A DNA stretch of 64,000 nucleotides from Chiloscyllium plagiosum (Eukaryota). The notes under the pieces were generated by a model. That model saw only the letters and a program-made list of their open reading frames with translations, made no database searches and was not told where the DNA came from. Of the stretch, positions 1 through 12,204 are shown in pieces. The stretch lies in assembly GCF_004010195.1 (NCBI RefSeq), contig NC_057718.1, positions 35,873,817 through 35,937,816 on the forward strand. Reading direction: 5' to 3'. Each line of letters opens with the position of its first letter. The first letter of the stretch is position 1. Both the position numbers and the translations under genes were made by a program.

Positions 1-365
1 TCACCCTTAATCCTCCTCCTCACCTTTCCACTTCTTGCACCATTGTCCTAAGCCCCTCATCCAATACCTCCTCCTATCCCCCTCGTCCCCATCGTCTTTT
101 AACCAACTCTTCCTCAGTGTCTTGTCACCTGTCCCTTTCCCACTTTTCATCTTTCAAATTCCTCTCCCTCTTCCCCTCCCTTTCTTACTCTACATTTCTC
201 CCCTCATCCCTCATCTTCTCAGCTATTTCTGTCTCCCTCAACTACTCCCCCAACTCATCTGCCCTTTTCCCCCATCAATTTCTTACCACCTCCCCTCCAT
301 CCATCCCTCTTTCCTCCTTTCCCTCTTCTCCTCTCCCCTCTTCCCCTTCTTATTCCACCTTCCTC
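1..365. repeat. Pyrimidine-rich (C/T) low-complexity tract
   Basis: Almost entirely C/T with short irregular units; the Pro/Ser/Leu/Phe ORFs here are compositional artefacts. Confidence 0.9.
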
Positions 366-394
366 AAATTGGATGACTTAGTAAGAACCCATCA

Positions 395-1590
395 GGTAAT
401 GAGGGGTATTAGCAGAGCGAGAGTGTTGGCTAACTAATAGAAGACAGAGTTGAGCTAAAGGGGGCATTTCCAGGATGGCAACCTGTAAGTTATGGAGTCA
501 CAAAGGGATCAGTGCTGAGAGCACAAATATTGACTGTATATTGACTTGAATGACAGGAGATAATGTACTATCTCAATGTTTATGTATGACCAAAATAAGC
601 AGGAAGACAAATAGTGAGAATGACACAATGACAGTCCAGGGGAATATAGACAGATTAAAGGACTGGGCAAAAACTTGGCAGATGGAATATAATATGGGAA
701 ATGTGGGGTTATGCACTTTGAAAGAAAAAGTAGAAGAACTGAATATTATTTAAATCTAAAGTCGGAGCAGGAATAGGCTATTTGGACTTTTGAGTATGCT
801 CTGCCATTCAATAAGGATATAGTTTAATTTCTATCTCGTTGCTATATTCCCACTTACTCCCCTTTAAAATAACATTAATATAAAAAAAATCTTACTTTTT
901 ATTTAAAATAATTAGTTTCTTGTCTCTCAGAGCCATTTGTGGTAGAGAATTTCATACATTCACAATTTGAGTTTAAAAAAATCCCCATCGTGATCCGAAG
1001 AATGGAAAAGGCTGCAGAAAACTGCAGATCTGTGGGATTTTGCAGGAGTGGGGGTGGGGAGAGGATGGGGGGGTGCAGTCTTCTGTACATGAATCACAAA
1101 AGCCTAGCAACTAAGTCCTGCAGATAAGAAAGGCAAATGCAAAGTTCAAATTTCAAAGTGAGTGGACTACGAAAAGTATTCAAGACACTAATCAGACCAT
1201 AAAAAGATGAGAAACCTTACTGAAACATTTAAGATTATTAGGGAGGTTCACAGGGAGATGCTGATAAGTTGTTTCCACGTGGTAGAGTTGAAGACCAGAA
1301 GGCATCATCTAAGAGCAAAAGGTCAGCCATTTAAAACAGAGATGAGGAGAAATTATTTCTCTCAAAGATCATGAACGTGTGGAATTCTATACCAAAGAGT
1401 GTTTTAATTGCTGGTTTGTTAAACATATTCAAGCCTGTGAGAGAGATATTTCTAATTACTAAGAGAATCAAGGGTTATGAGCATAAGATAGGAACATTGG
1501 AATTGAGGATGATCAGATCAAGCATTACCTCATTGAATGGCAGACTCCATGAGCCGAATGGCCTTATTATATTTCCACATCTTATGGTAT
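395..1590 (+). mobile_element. Old, fragmented CR1-clade LINE (RT region to 3' end)
   Basis: Degenerate GVPQGSVL-like segment at about 495-520, 'IDRLKDWAKTWQMEYN' ORF, 'NVWNSIP' motif and CR1-type 3' tail gagccgaatggcctt...cttatgg. Confidence 0.75.
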
Positions 1591-1879
1591 CATCTCCTCC
1601 TCCTCTTCTCTTCTTCCTCCCCATCACCTGCTTCTTCCCTCCATTAATGTCCACTCTCCTCCCCTCCCCACCCTCCTGCTGGATCAGGTCTGATATCCTC
1701 AGATTAGAAATCACAGGATGCTTTGGCAATTCTCAGAAATCCAAGTGACTGAATGAAAGGTGCAGTGTGGCCTAATGTGGGAATCTTAGAGAAAGATGGA
1801 TGCACATTGCCACTTGACATGCTTACTGCAGCATAGTTTATTGAAAGAACTAACATCGTCAACGACAGCATAGAGAGTC

Positions 1880-3310
1880 TAGAACATAGAACAGTACAGC
1901 ATAGTACAAGCCCTTCAGTTCCTGACGTTATGCCGACTTTTTATCCTACTTTAAGATCAAACTAACCTATGTACCCTCCATTTTACTGGGTTAAAAATCA
2001 CACAACACCTGGTTATAGTCCAACAGGTTTAATTAGAAGCACTAGCTATCGGAGCGCTGCTGCTTCATCAGGTGGCTGTGTTCGGAGCAGTGCTCCGAAA
2101 GCTAGTGCTTCTAATTAAACCTGTTGGACTATAACCTGGTGTTGTGTGATTTTTAATTTTGTACACCCCAGTCCAGCACCAGCATCTCCAAGTCATGACG
2201 ACCTTAACTTTACTATCATCCATGTGCCTATGCAAGAATTGCTTAAATGTCCCCAAATGTCCCTATCTGACTCTACTACCACTGTTGGCAGTGCATTCCA
2301 CGCACCTACCACTCTCCGAATGAAAAAACAACCTCTGACATCTCCCTTAAACTTCCTCCAATCACCTTAAAATTATGCCCCCTCATGATAGCCACTTCTG
2401 CCCTGGGAAAACGTCTCTGACTATTCACTCTATTTATGCCTCTCATCATCTTGTACACTTCTTTCAAGTCGCCTCTCACCCTTCTTCGCTCCAATGAGAA
2501 GAGCCTTAGCTCCCTCAACCTTTCTTCATAAGATATGCCCTCCAGTCCAGGCAGCATGCTGGTAAATCTTCTCTGCACCCTAAAGCTTCCACATCCTTCC
2601 TATAATGAGGGGACCAGAACTGAATACAATATTACGTGTGTGGTCTAACCAGGGCTCTATAGGGCTGCAGCATAATCTTGCAGCTCTGAAACTCAATCTT
2701 CCTGCTAATGAAACCAAACACACCATGCGCCTTCTTAACAACCCTATCAAAGTGGGTGACAACTTTGAGGGATCTATGGACATGGACCCCAAATCTCTCT
2801 GTTCCTCCAAACTGCCAAGAATCCTGCTGTTAACCCTGTATTCTGCATTCAAATTCGACCTTCCAAAATCACTTCATATTTTTCCAGGTTGAACTCCATC
2901 TGCCACTCATCAGTCCAGTTTTGCATCCTGTCAATGTCCCATTGCAACCTACAACAGCCGTCCACACTGTCCAGCACTCCACCAACCTTTGTGTCATCTG
3001 CAAACTTACTATTCCATCATTCTACTTCCTCATCCAAGTCATTTATAAAAATTACAAAGAGCAGAGGTCGCATAACAGATCCCTGTGGAACATCGCTGCT
3101 CACCAAGCTCCAGGCTGAATACTCTTCATTTCTACCACTTTCTATCTTCTATGGGCCAGCCAATACCATGTCCAGGCAGCCACATTTCCCTGTATCCCAT
3201 GCCTCCTTACTTTCTGAATGAGTCTACCATGGGGAACCTTATCAAACGCTTTGCTGCAATCCATGTACACCACATCCACTGCTTCACCTTTATCAATGTG
3301 TTTTGTCACA
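1880..3310 (-). mobile_element. CR1 LINE, outer element of nest, 3' part
   Basis: 3' tail tagaacatagaaca on + strand; minus ORFs 'QRRFTSMLPGLEGISYEERLRELRLFSLERRRVRGDL'. Confidence 0.9.
1991..2197. mobile_element. Penelope-like family A hairpin insertion (inverted terminal repeats plus tail)
   Basis: Inverted arms about 1991-2061 and 2086-2156; same repeat ends the GIY-YIG-bearing element at 34630-34722; hammerhead core degraded (GATA instead of GAAA). Confidence 0.85.
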
Positions 3311-3335
3311 TAGTCATACAGTCATAGAGGTGTAA

Positions 3336-6131
3336 GACCACAAGACCATAAGAAATAGGAATGGAAGTAAGGCCATTTGGCCCGCTGAGTCCACTCTGTC
3401 ATTCAGTCATGGCTGATGGCAATTTCAACACCATTTATCCGCACTCTCCCCGTATCCCTTAATTCCTTGCGAGATTAAGAATTTATCAATCTCTACTCTG
3501 AAGACATTTAACACCCTGGCCTCCACAGCGCTCCATGGCAATGAATTCCCACCACTCTCTGCCTGAAGAAATACCTCCTCATTTCCATTTTAAATTGACC
3601 TCCTCTAATTCTGAGGCTGTGCCCACAGGTCTTAGTATACACGCCTGTTGGAAACAAATTCCAAGGGTCTATCCTTTCTAAGCCATGCATTACCTTATAA
3701 GTTTCTATTAGATTTGCCCTCAACCTTCCAAAATTCCAATGAATACAATCCCAGGATCCTCTGCCGTTCATCATATGTTAGGCCTATTATTCCATGGATC
3801 ATCTGTGTGAATCTCTGCTGGACACGCTCCAGTGCTAATATGTCCTTCCTGAGGTGTGGGGCCCAAAACTGGACACAGTATTCCAATTGGGGCCTAACCA
3901 TAAAGTCTCAGTAGCACATCACTGCTTTTACATTCCAACCCTCTTGAGATAAATGACAACATTACATTTGCTTCCTTAACCATGGACTCAACCTCCAAGT
4001 CAACATTTAGAGAATCCTAGACTAGCACCCCCAGATCCCTTTGTGCTTTGGCTGTATGAATTCTCTCACTGTTTAGAAAACAGTCTGTCCCTGTACTCTT
4101 TTTTCTGAAGTGCAAGATCTTGCATTTGCTCATATTGAATTTCATCAGTCATTTCCTGGACCACTCTCCTAAACTGTCTAAATCTTTCTGCCGCCTCCCC
4201 ATCTCCTCAGAACTACCTGCCTGTCCACCTAACTTTGTATCATCGGCGAACTTCACCAGAATGCCCCCAGTCCCTTCATCCAGATCATCAATATATAAAA
4301 TGAACAGCTGCAGCCCCAACACTGAACCCTGCGGGACACCACTTGTCACTAGCTACCATTCTGAAAAAGAACCTTTTATCCCAACTCTCTGCCTTCTGTC
4401 AGACAGCCAATTCTCAATCCATGCCAGTAGCTCACCTCAACCACCATGGGCCCTCATCTTATTCAGCAGCCTCCTATGAGGCACCTTATCAAAGGCCTTT
4501 TGGAAGCATAGGTAGATAACATCTACCAGGTTTCCTACTTGTTACCACTTCAAAGAATTCCAACAGGTTTGTCAGGCATGATCTCCCCTTACTAAATCCA
4601 TGCTGACTTGTTCTAATCTGACCCGGCATTTCCAAGAATTTAAATATCTCATCCTTAACAATGGATTCTAGAATTTTACCCACAACCGAGGTTAGGGTAA
4701 TCGGCCGATAATATTCCATCTTTTGTCTTGATCCTTTCTTGAACAAGGGGATTACTACAGTGATTTTCCAATCATCTGAGACTTTCCCTGACTCCAGTAA
4801 TTTTTGAAAGATTACAACCAATGCCTCCGCTATTTCTTCAGCCACCTCCCTCAGAACTCTAGGATGTAGCCCATCGGGGTCAGGAGTTTTTTCAATTTTT
4901 AGACCTTTTAGCATTTCTAGCACTTTCCCCTTAGTAATGGCTACCATACTCAACTCTGCCCCTTGACTCTCCTTAATTGTTGGGATATTGCTCATGTCTT
5001 CCACTGTGAAGACTGACACAAAGTATTTATTAAGTTCTTCAACTATTTCCTTATCTCCCATCACTAGCCTTCCTGCATCAATTTCTAATTTTGCCTCTCG
5101 TTTGTTTCTTATGTATTGAAAGAAACTTTTACTGTCATTTCTAATATTACTGGCTAGCTTAGCTTCATATTTGATCCTCTCCTTCCTTATTTTACTCTTT
5201 GTTATCCTCTGTTTGTTTTTGTAGTCTTCCCAATCTTCTGATTTCCCAGTGCTCTTGGCCACTTTATAGGCTCTCTCTCTTTTTCTATGATACATTTCCT
5301 GACTTCCTTAGTCAGCCATGGCTGTCTAATCCTGCTACCCCCTCCCCCCTGACAATCTTTCTTTTCTTTGGGGTGAATCTCTGTACTGTGTCCTCAATTA
5401 CACCCAGAAACTCCTGCCATTGTTCCTCTACTGTTTTCCTCACTAGGCTCTGCTTTCAGTCGATTTTCATCAGTTCCTCTCTCATGCCCCTGTAATTACC
5501 ATTATTTAACTGTAACACCATTACATCCAATTTTGCCTTCTCTCTTTCAAACTGCAGACTGAACTCTACCATATTATGATCGCTGCCTCCTAAATGTTCC
5601 CTTACTTTAAGATCTTTTATAAAGTCTGGCTCATTACATAGCATAAAGTCCAAAATAGCCTGCTCCCTTGTGGGCTCCATCACAAGCTGTTCCAAAAAGT
5701 CATTCTGTAAGCATTCCAAGAATTCCATTATTGTTGGATCCACTGGTAACATTATTCACCCAGTCTATTTGCATATTGAAGTCCCCCATGATCACCATGA
5801 CCTTGCCTTTCTGACATGCCCTATCTATTTCCTGGTACATCTTGTGCCCCTGGTCCTGCCACTGTTGGGAGGTCTGTACATAACTCCCATTATGGTTTTT
5901 TTGCCTTTGTAGTTCCTCACCTCCACCCGCACAGACTCCACGTCATCTGAACCTATGTCATTCAGTTCCATAGATTTAATTTCATTCTTAACTAACAAGG
6001 CAACCCCGCCCCTCTGCCCCCTCCCTGTCTTTTCGATAAGTTATAAATCCTTGGATGTTTAACTGCCAGTCCTGAACCCCCTGCAACCACGTCTCTGTGA
6101 AGCCTACCACATCATAATTATTCACGATTTC
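3336..6131 (-). mobile_element. CR1 LINE ORF2 (endonuclease plus RT), innermost element of nest, disrupted
   Basis: ORFs 'YDVVGFTETWL', 'SDHNMVEF', 'PDGLHPRVLRE...[15 protein letters not shown]...[18 protein letters not shown]', 'GVPQGSVLG...FADDTKL'; 3' tail gaccacaagaccataaga; same family as 42453-44046. Confidence 0.95.
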
Positions 6132-7288
6132 TGTGTACAGCATGGAAACAGACCCTTTGGTCCAACCCTTCCATGCCGACCAGGTATCCCAAACCAATCT
6201 AGTCCCAACTGCCAGCACCTGGCCCATATCCCTCCAAACCCTTTATATTCATATACCCATCCAGATGCCTTTTAAATGTTGCAATTGTACTAGCCTCCAC
6301 CACTACCTCTGGCAGCTCATTCCACACATGCAGCACCCTCTACGTGAAAACGTTGCCCCTTAGATCTCTTTTATATCTTTCCCCTCTCACCTTAAACCTA
6401 TGCCCACGAGTTCTGGACCCCACCACCCCAGGGAAAAGACCTTGTCTATTTACCCTATCCATGCCCGTCATAACATTGTGAACATCTCAGGCTCCAACGC
6501 TCCAGGGAAAACTGCACTAGCCTATTCAACATCTCCCTATAGCTCAAATCCTCCAACCCTGGCAACATCCTTGTAAATCTTTTCTGAACTCTTTCAAGTT
6601 TCACAACATCCTTCCAATAGCCGCAACATGACCTCCCAACTCCTGTACTCAATACTCTGACCAATAAAGGAAAGCATACCAAGCGCCTCTTCACTATCCT
6701 ATCTAGCTGCGACTCTACTTTCAAGGAGCTATGAACTTGCACTCCAAGGTCTCTTTGTTCAGCAACACTCCCTAGGACTTTACCATTAAGTGATTAAGTC
6801 CTACCAAGATTTGCTTTGCCAAAATGAAGCACCTCCCATTTATCTAAATTAAACTCCAACTGCCTCTCCTCAACCCATTTGCCCATCTGATCAAGATCTC
6901 ATTGTAATCTGAGGTAACCTTCTTCTCTGTCCACTACGCCTTCAATTTTGGTGTCATCTGCAAACTTACTAACTATACCTCTTATGCTCACATCCAAATC
7001 ATTTATATAAATGATGAAAAGTCATGGACCCAACACTGATCCTTGTGGCACTCCACTGGTCACAGGCCTCCAATCTGAAAAACAACCTTCCACCACCACA
7101 CTCTGTCTTGTACCTTTGAGCCAGTTCTGTATCCAAATGGCTAGTTCTCCCTGTATTCCATGAAATCTAATCTTACTAACCAGTCTCCCATGGGGAACCT
7201 TGTTGAACACCTTACTGAAGTATATATAGATCATATCTACCACTCTGCAGTCATCAATCCTTTTTGTTACTTCTCCAAAATACTCAAA
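6132..7288 (-). mobile_element. HER1-like CR1 LINE, middle element of nest (its extreme 3' end lies at 3309-3335)
   Basis: Tail catagtcatacagtcatagaggtgta at 3309-3335 resumes as tgtgtacagcatggaaacagacc at 6132; RT motifs 'FSKVFNKVPHGRL...[10 protein letters not shown]'. Confidence 0.88.
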
Positions 7289-9000
7289 CCTCAAAGAATT
7301 CAATAAGGCTTGTGAGGCATGATCTGCCCCTCACAAAGCCATGCTGACTATCTAACTATGGTTTTCCAAATAATCATAAATCCTGTATCTCAGAATCCTC
7401 TCCAATCATTTTCCCACCACCGACGTAAAACTGACTGGTCTATAATTCCCAGGATTATTCCTATTCCCCTTCTTGAACAAGGAAATAATGTTTGCCACCC
7501 TCCAATCATCAGGCACTACTCCATTGACAGGGGGGACACAAAGATCATCACCAGGGGCACAGCAACCTCTTCTCTCTCTTCCTGTAGTAACCTGGGTATA
7601 TCCCATCTGGCCCAGGGGACTTTATATCCTTATGATTTTCAAAATTTTCAGCACATCCTCCTTCTTAACATCAACCTGTTCAAGCAAATCAGCCTGTTTC
7701 ACTTTGTCTTCACAAACATCAAGGTCTCTCTCAGTAGTGAATACTTAAGCAATGTATTCATTAAGGACCTCCCTATCTCCTTCAACTCCAGGCACAAGTT
7801 CCCTCCACTGTACCTGATTGGCCCTATCCTCACTCTGGCCATCCTCTTGTTCCTCACATTGGTGTAGAATGCCTTAGGGTTTACTTAATCCTACCCACTA
7901 AAGCTTTTTCATGCCCCCTTCTAGCTCTCCTCAGTCCATTCTTTAGTTCCTTCCTGGCTACCTTCTAATCCTGTCTGATCCTTACCTCCTCAACCTTAAG
8001 TAAGCTTCATTCTTCCTCTTGAGTAGATAGTCCACATCCCTTGTCACCCAAGGTTCCTTCACCCTACCATCCCTTCCTTGCCTCAGTGGGACAAACCTAT
8101 CCAGCACTATCAGCAAGTGCTCCCTAAACAACCTCTACATTTCTGTTGTGCATTTCCCTGAGAGCATCTGTTCCCAATTTAGGCACCACAATTTTTACCT
8201 AATAGCATTGGAATTCCACCTCCCCTAACTAAATGCTTTCTCATACCATTTGCTCCTATCCCTCTCCATGACTATAGTAAAGATCAGGGAGCTGCGATCA
8301 CTATCACTGAAATGCTCTCCCACCGAGAGATCTGATACTTGGCTTGCTTTGTTGCCAAGCACCAAATCTTTACAGGACATGCCTAACAAAAACTGCTCTG
8401 TCCAAAGTATTTGAACTAAGGAATTTCCAATCAATATGAGGGAAGTTAGTCTCTCATGACAACAACCCTGTTACTTCTGCACCTTTCCAAAATTTGCCTC
8501 CCAATCTGCTCCTCTGTGTCTCTGTTGCCATTGGGGGCCCTGGAGAAAATTCCCAATAAAGTGACTGCTCCTTTCCTGTTTCTGACTTCCACCCATACTG
8601 ACTCTATAGACGAACCCTCCTCAATGAACTCCCCTTCTGCATCTGTAATACTACCCATGATTAGCAATGCCACTCCCACATTTTTTACCTCCCCCCACCC
8701 CCCATTCCTTTGAAACATCTGAACCCTGGAACATCCAACAACCATTTCCATCCGTGATGTTCAAGTATCTGTAATGGCCACAACATCACAGTTCCAAGTC
8801 GTGATCCATGCTCAAAGTTCATCACCTTATTCCTGATACTTTTTGTGTTAAAATAGACACACTTCAACCCATCACACTAACTGCAACTTTGTATTATCAA
8901 CTGTATATCCCTCCTCACAGACACTCTGCAAGCTGTATCTGGCTGTTCATTACCTACTCCATCCTCAGATCCGTAGCTCCAGTTCCCACACACAGCACCG
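7289..9000 (-). mobile_element. CR1 LINE, outer element of nest, 5' part (endonuclease and RT N-terminus)
   Basis: Continues the frame broken at 3310; ORFs 'MKCVYFNTKSIRNK', 'ESVWVEVRNRKG...RVVVMRD', 'PGNYRPVSFTSVVGK'. Confidence 0.88.
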
Positions 9001-9476
9001 ACATAAAAGCTACATATTTAGGTAACTATATATAGTTAAATTTTGCATTTCCTTCTTTCATTTTTGATTTAAGATGAGGTGAATTCAAACCCTCTGAATG
9101 ACAAGAACTACAAGGAGCTGAAAATGACACTCATTGCCACACTCAAAAATATTACTCTAAAGTTTCAAAGTCAGAATTTACAAAGCTTAGAGTTTAAATA
9201 TATATGTAAAATAACGTATAATGTTCATCACACATTATTAGAATGTTCACAATCTGTCACAATAAAATGGAGTAGAGAAATGTAGCAACCAGGAATTCGA
9301 AGGATCAAACAAAATCATTATTGTGTTGTGGGACTGTGCCTTAACTAAATGTAAACTGGCTGGTATCTTCTAGAAAGTGTGTTCATCTTACAGCAATAAT
9401 GGACCTGATATCATCACATTCAATTATCTGTGATGGTTATTGATCTGCTCAAGAACAAAATATGATGGGTACATAG

Positions 9477-9667
9477 TTAGTGGACATTTAGGTTTATAGT
9501 GCAGATTTGGCCTTGAAATAAACAAAGTCCCCCATAACAACCACCCTATTACTGTCACTCATCTCCTGAATCACCTTCCCAATCCTTTCTTCAATGATTC
9601 TAGGACATTTAGTGTACATTAGTGGACATTTAGGTTTATAGTGCAGATTTGGCCTTGAAATAAACAA
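9477..9667. repeat. 49-bp direct duplication (9477-9525 and 9619-9667) enclosing an internal CR1 endonuclease fragment
   Basis: ttagtggacatttaggtttatagtgcagatttggccttgaaataaacaa occurs twice; the insert encodes 'IIEERIGKVIQEMSDSNRVVVMGDF' on the minus strand. Confidence 0.85.
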
Positions 9668-10519
9668 GACAGAGGCCAATGTTTAATTCTGCCTAGAAGA
9701 ATAAGTTGTAAGACCTTTAGACAGTGAGAAGAGTTATCAACATTGATTATACTGTATATTGGCAATAATAGCTGTTTTGTGTAAATGAAATCTGGCTTTG
9801 TTCTGAGTGCAACATTCTATGCTATGTTCTGATCCTAGTATTTATGAAAACAGTAGACAGAATGGTGCTCCCTTTGAATTAACAGAAGGTTGATTGAACA
9901 GCAAGCATACCAACATATGAATTAAGAGCTGGAATAGGCCATTCAGCTCTTCCAGGCTGCTCCACCATTCAAAAAGATCATGCATTCTGCAGCACCAAGT
10001 CAGTTTGCCTTAAAAGTAGAGCAATCTTTTGGAGTTTCAAAGGTCATTTGCTATTTTATAGTGTACACCCAGTTTTAGATTTGGATTACATGTCATGAGA
10101 TTAAATTTATCCTGGAAAGTGCGGTGTTGGGTTCACATTTTCCGGCACAGGGACTGAAGGAAGTCTGAAACTTAGCAATGACTTAGTGTCTCATTAGCTC
10201 AGTAGTTTGTGGGAATATCTGTCAGTTGTAAATGAAAACCAGATATTTTACAAATTAAATATCAAATATTCTGAACAATTATAATCCCATAGAAAGCAAT
10301 TTCTTTATTTCCCATTTGATGTCTGTGTTGGTACAAAATGATTTTATACATAGAACCTGATATTACATAAAACCATAAGCAATGGGAACAGAAGGCGGCT
10401 GTTCAACCCCTCCAGCCTGCTCCATCATTCAATCGGATTACGGTTGATTTGACATTAGTCAGCTCACTTTCTTGCCCTTTCCCTATAACCTTTGATACCC
10501 CCACTGACAGAATCATGTG

Positions 10520-11560
10520 AAAAAGATTTGCATCATTTACTCAACCGAGCGTTTTTCAACTTAAAGAAGTCTTTTCTCTTGATCTCAAACCGTTGAAGTT
10601 GCACAGAAAATGTCACCATTGATATAGTGATTATAAAATATATCGTTTTTGGTCCTTTAACCTTTACCGTGAGTCACTGTGCAACAATTGCACATTGCAT
10701 TTGAACAGATTTTTGTGAGATCCGGCTACCAGCAGTGAAATCGATTAGTTTTGGACAGAAAGTGCAGAATAGTACACACGATTAATATCTAGAAATTCTT
10801 ACTCATTTTATCAATAAAATTCTAAACAGTAGGCCCGTTATAGAATTAAGGTATTAGTACAGAGGGAAAAGAAACTGAAACACGTAGAAACACGTCGATT
10901 TCTCCCAGGGCGATATTTTGGAGAGTTTCAGTGGTCATTTCGTGTGCTTATTTAACAACACACGGGATGGTTTACGGCGGAACGGTCTTTCTCTAACACG
11001 CAGGAACGCAAACGATTACGTTGCTCGGTTTAAAATCGTTTCGCAATCCTTGAGAAGAACAATAAATTATTCCAGCTAAATATTACCGAGCAAAATGTAA
11101 TAGGAGGCTTCCACTGGCTGTAATTGATTATTTTTTGGAGTAATAATAAAAACGACTGAAGATAGGACTCTGCACATTTTTTGGCAGTTTATTCCTTACT
11201 CTCTCAGAGATGGTGGGCCGAAGGGCCTGTTGTTCTACAGGGTTGATCTACGTTTTAAAGCGACTTGGGTGTGGAGTGCTGTGTTCCTACTGTGTGCACC
11301 CTATTGAAGTTTAGGGATTTATGAATTGCTATGGCATTTAGTCAATTAAAATGTAATGATTGCGTTTTTAGTCGAAGGTATTCACGCCAATACGTAAATG
11401 TATTGAAATCCCGGGTTGAAATGACGATTTTATGGTCTCGATTTTCAGTATGCTTTCTGAAACTTTTCAACAATCTTAGTCTGTATTAAAAACGTCAAAT
11501 TAATTATTTCCAAATAAACAGTTTTCGACTAAAATACTTAAGCTACTTGTTTGCAGTGAG
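10520..11560. promoter_or_regulatory. CpG-retaining, repeat-poor unique region (candidate non-methylated regulatory island)
   Basis: Visibly dense CG dinucleotides in AT-rich sequence (e.g. 10880-11050) against strong CpG depletion elsewhere; not quantified. Confidence 0.45.
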
Positions 11561-11749
11561 TAGGGCGTTGCTAGAGATTTCAACAGAAGTGTACAGTTTA
11601 AGGGTCTCAGGGGAATTCCAGAATACACATAAAAATAATATAACTATCCATTTACGTAAGCAGGTATTTTCTTTCAACTCCAGGACTGCTAAATATATTC
11701 TGAACTGCTTTATAAAGGAAGACAATAATTAACATATTATTGGGAAAAT

Positions 11750-12030
11750 AGGCCCCACCAGCTAAGCCAAGCATTCATTGCCCATCCCTATTGCCCAGAG
11801 CACAGTTAAGATTCAATCACATTGCTGCAGATCTAGAATCACATGTAGACCCGACCAGCTAAGGGTGGCAGGTTTCCTTGCCTAAACGATATTAGAACCA
11901 GATGAGTTTTGCAATAATTGCAGTGACACCACAATTGCCATTAAGCCATTGTCTTTTTTTAATTGCAGATTTGTATTACAGTACATTCAAATTTCACCAT
12001 CTGCTGTGGTGGTATTCAAATCATGTCCAC
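11750..12030 (-). mobile_element. tRNA-derived SINE, second family (possibly DeuSINE/SacSINE1-like; name tentative)
   Basis: gcattcattgcccatccct...gttaagattcaatcacattgctg...; homologous to 60187-60470 and to the reverse complement of 63320-63690. Confidence 0.6.
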
Positions 12031-12039
12031 AAAACGTTG

Positions 12040-12190
12040 CAAACCAACACAGAGACTGCTGAAGAAAGCCAGCAGGTCTGGCAGCATCTGTGGAGAGAAA
12101 AAAAACAGAGTTAAAGAGTCCAGTGACCCTTTGATTTAAAACATTAGTTCTATTTGTCTCTCCATAGATGCTGCTGGACCTGCTGAATTA
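12040..12190. mobile_element. Penelope-like family D hairpin remnant
   Basis: Inverted arms cagcaggtctggcagcatctgtggagag and ctctccatagatgctgctggacctgctg; homologous to 58717-58895. Confidence 0.65.
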
Positions 12191-12204
12191 ACACATGGAC
12201 ACAC

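Noticed and set aside
35..437. Pro/Ser/Leu-rich ORFs
   Set aside because: Translation of a pyrimidine-rich low-complexity tract, which lacks stop codons for compositional reasons.
4489..5295. 268-aa ORF as a host gene
   Set aside because: It is a frameshifted piece of CR1 ORF2.
9196..9285. Resemblance of 'YICK...H..L...KWSREM' to the beta-2-microglobulin C-terminus
   Set aside because: The first Cys, the F-P motif and the DWSF motif of the C1 domain are absent and the spacing is wrong; probably chance.
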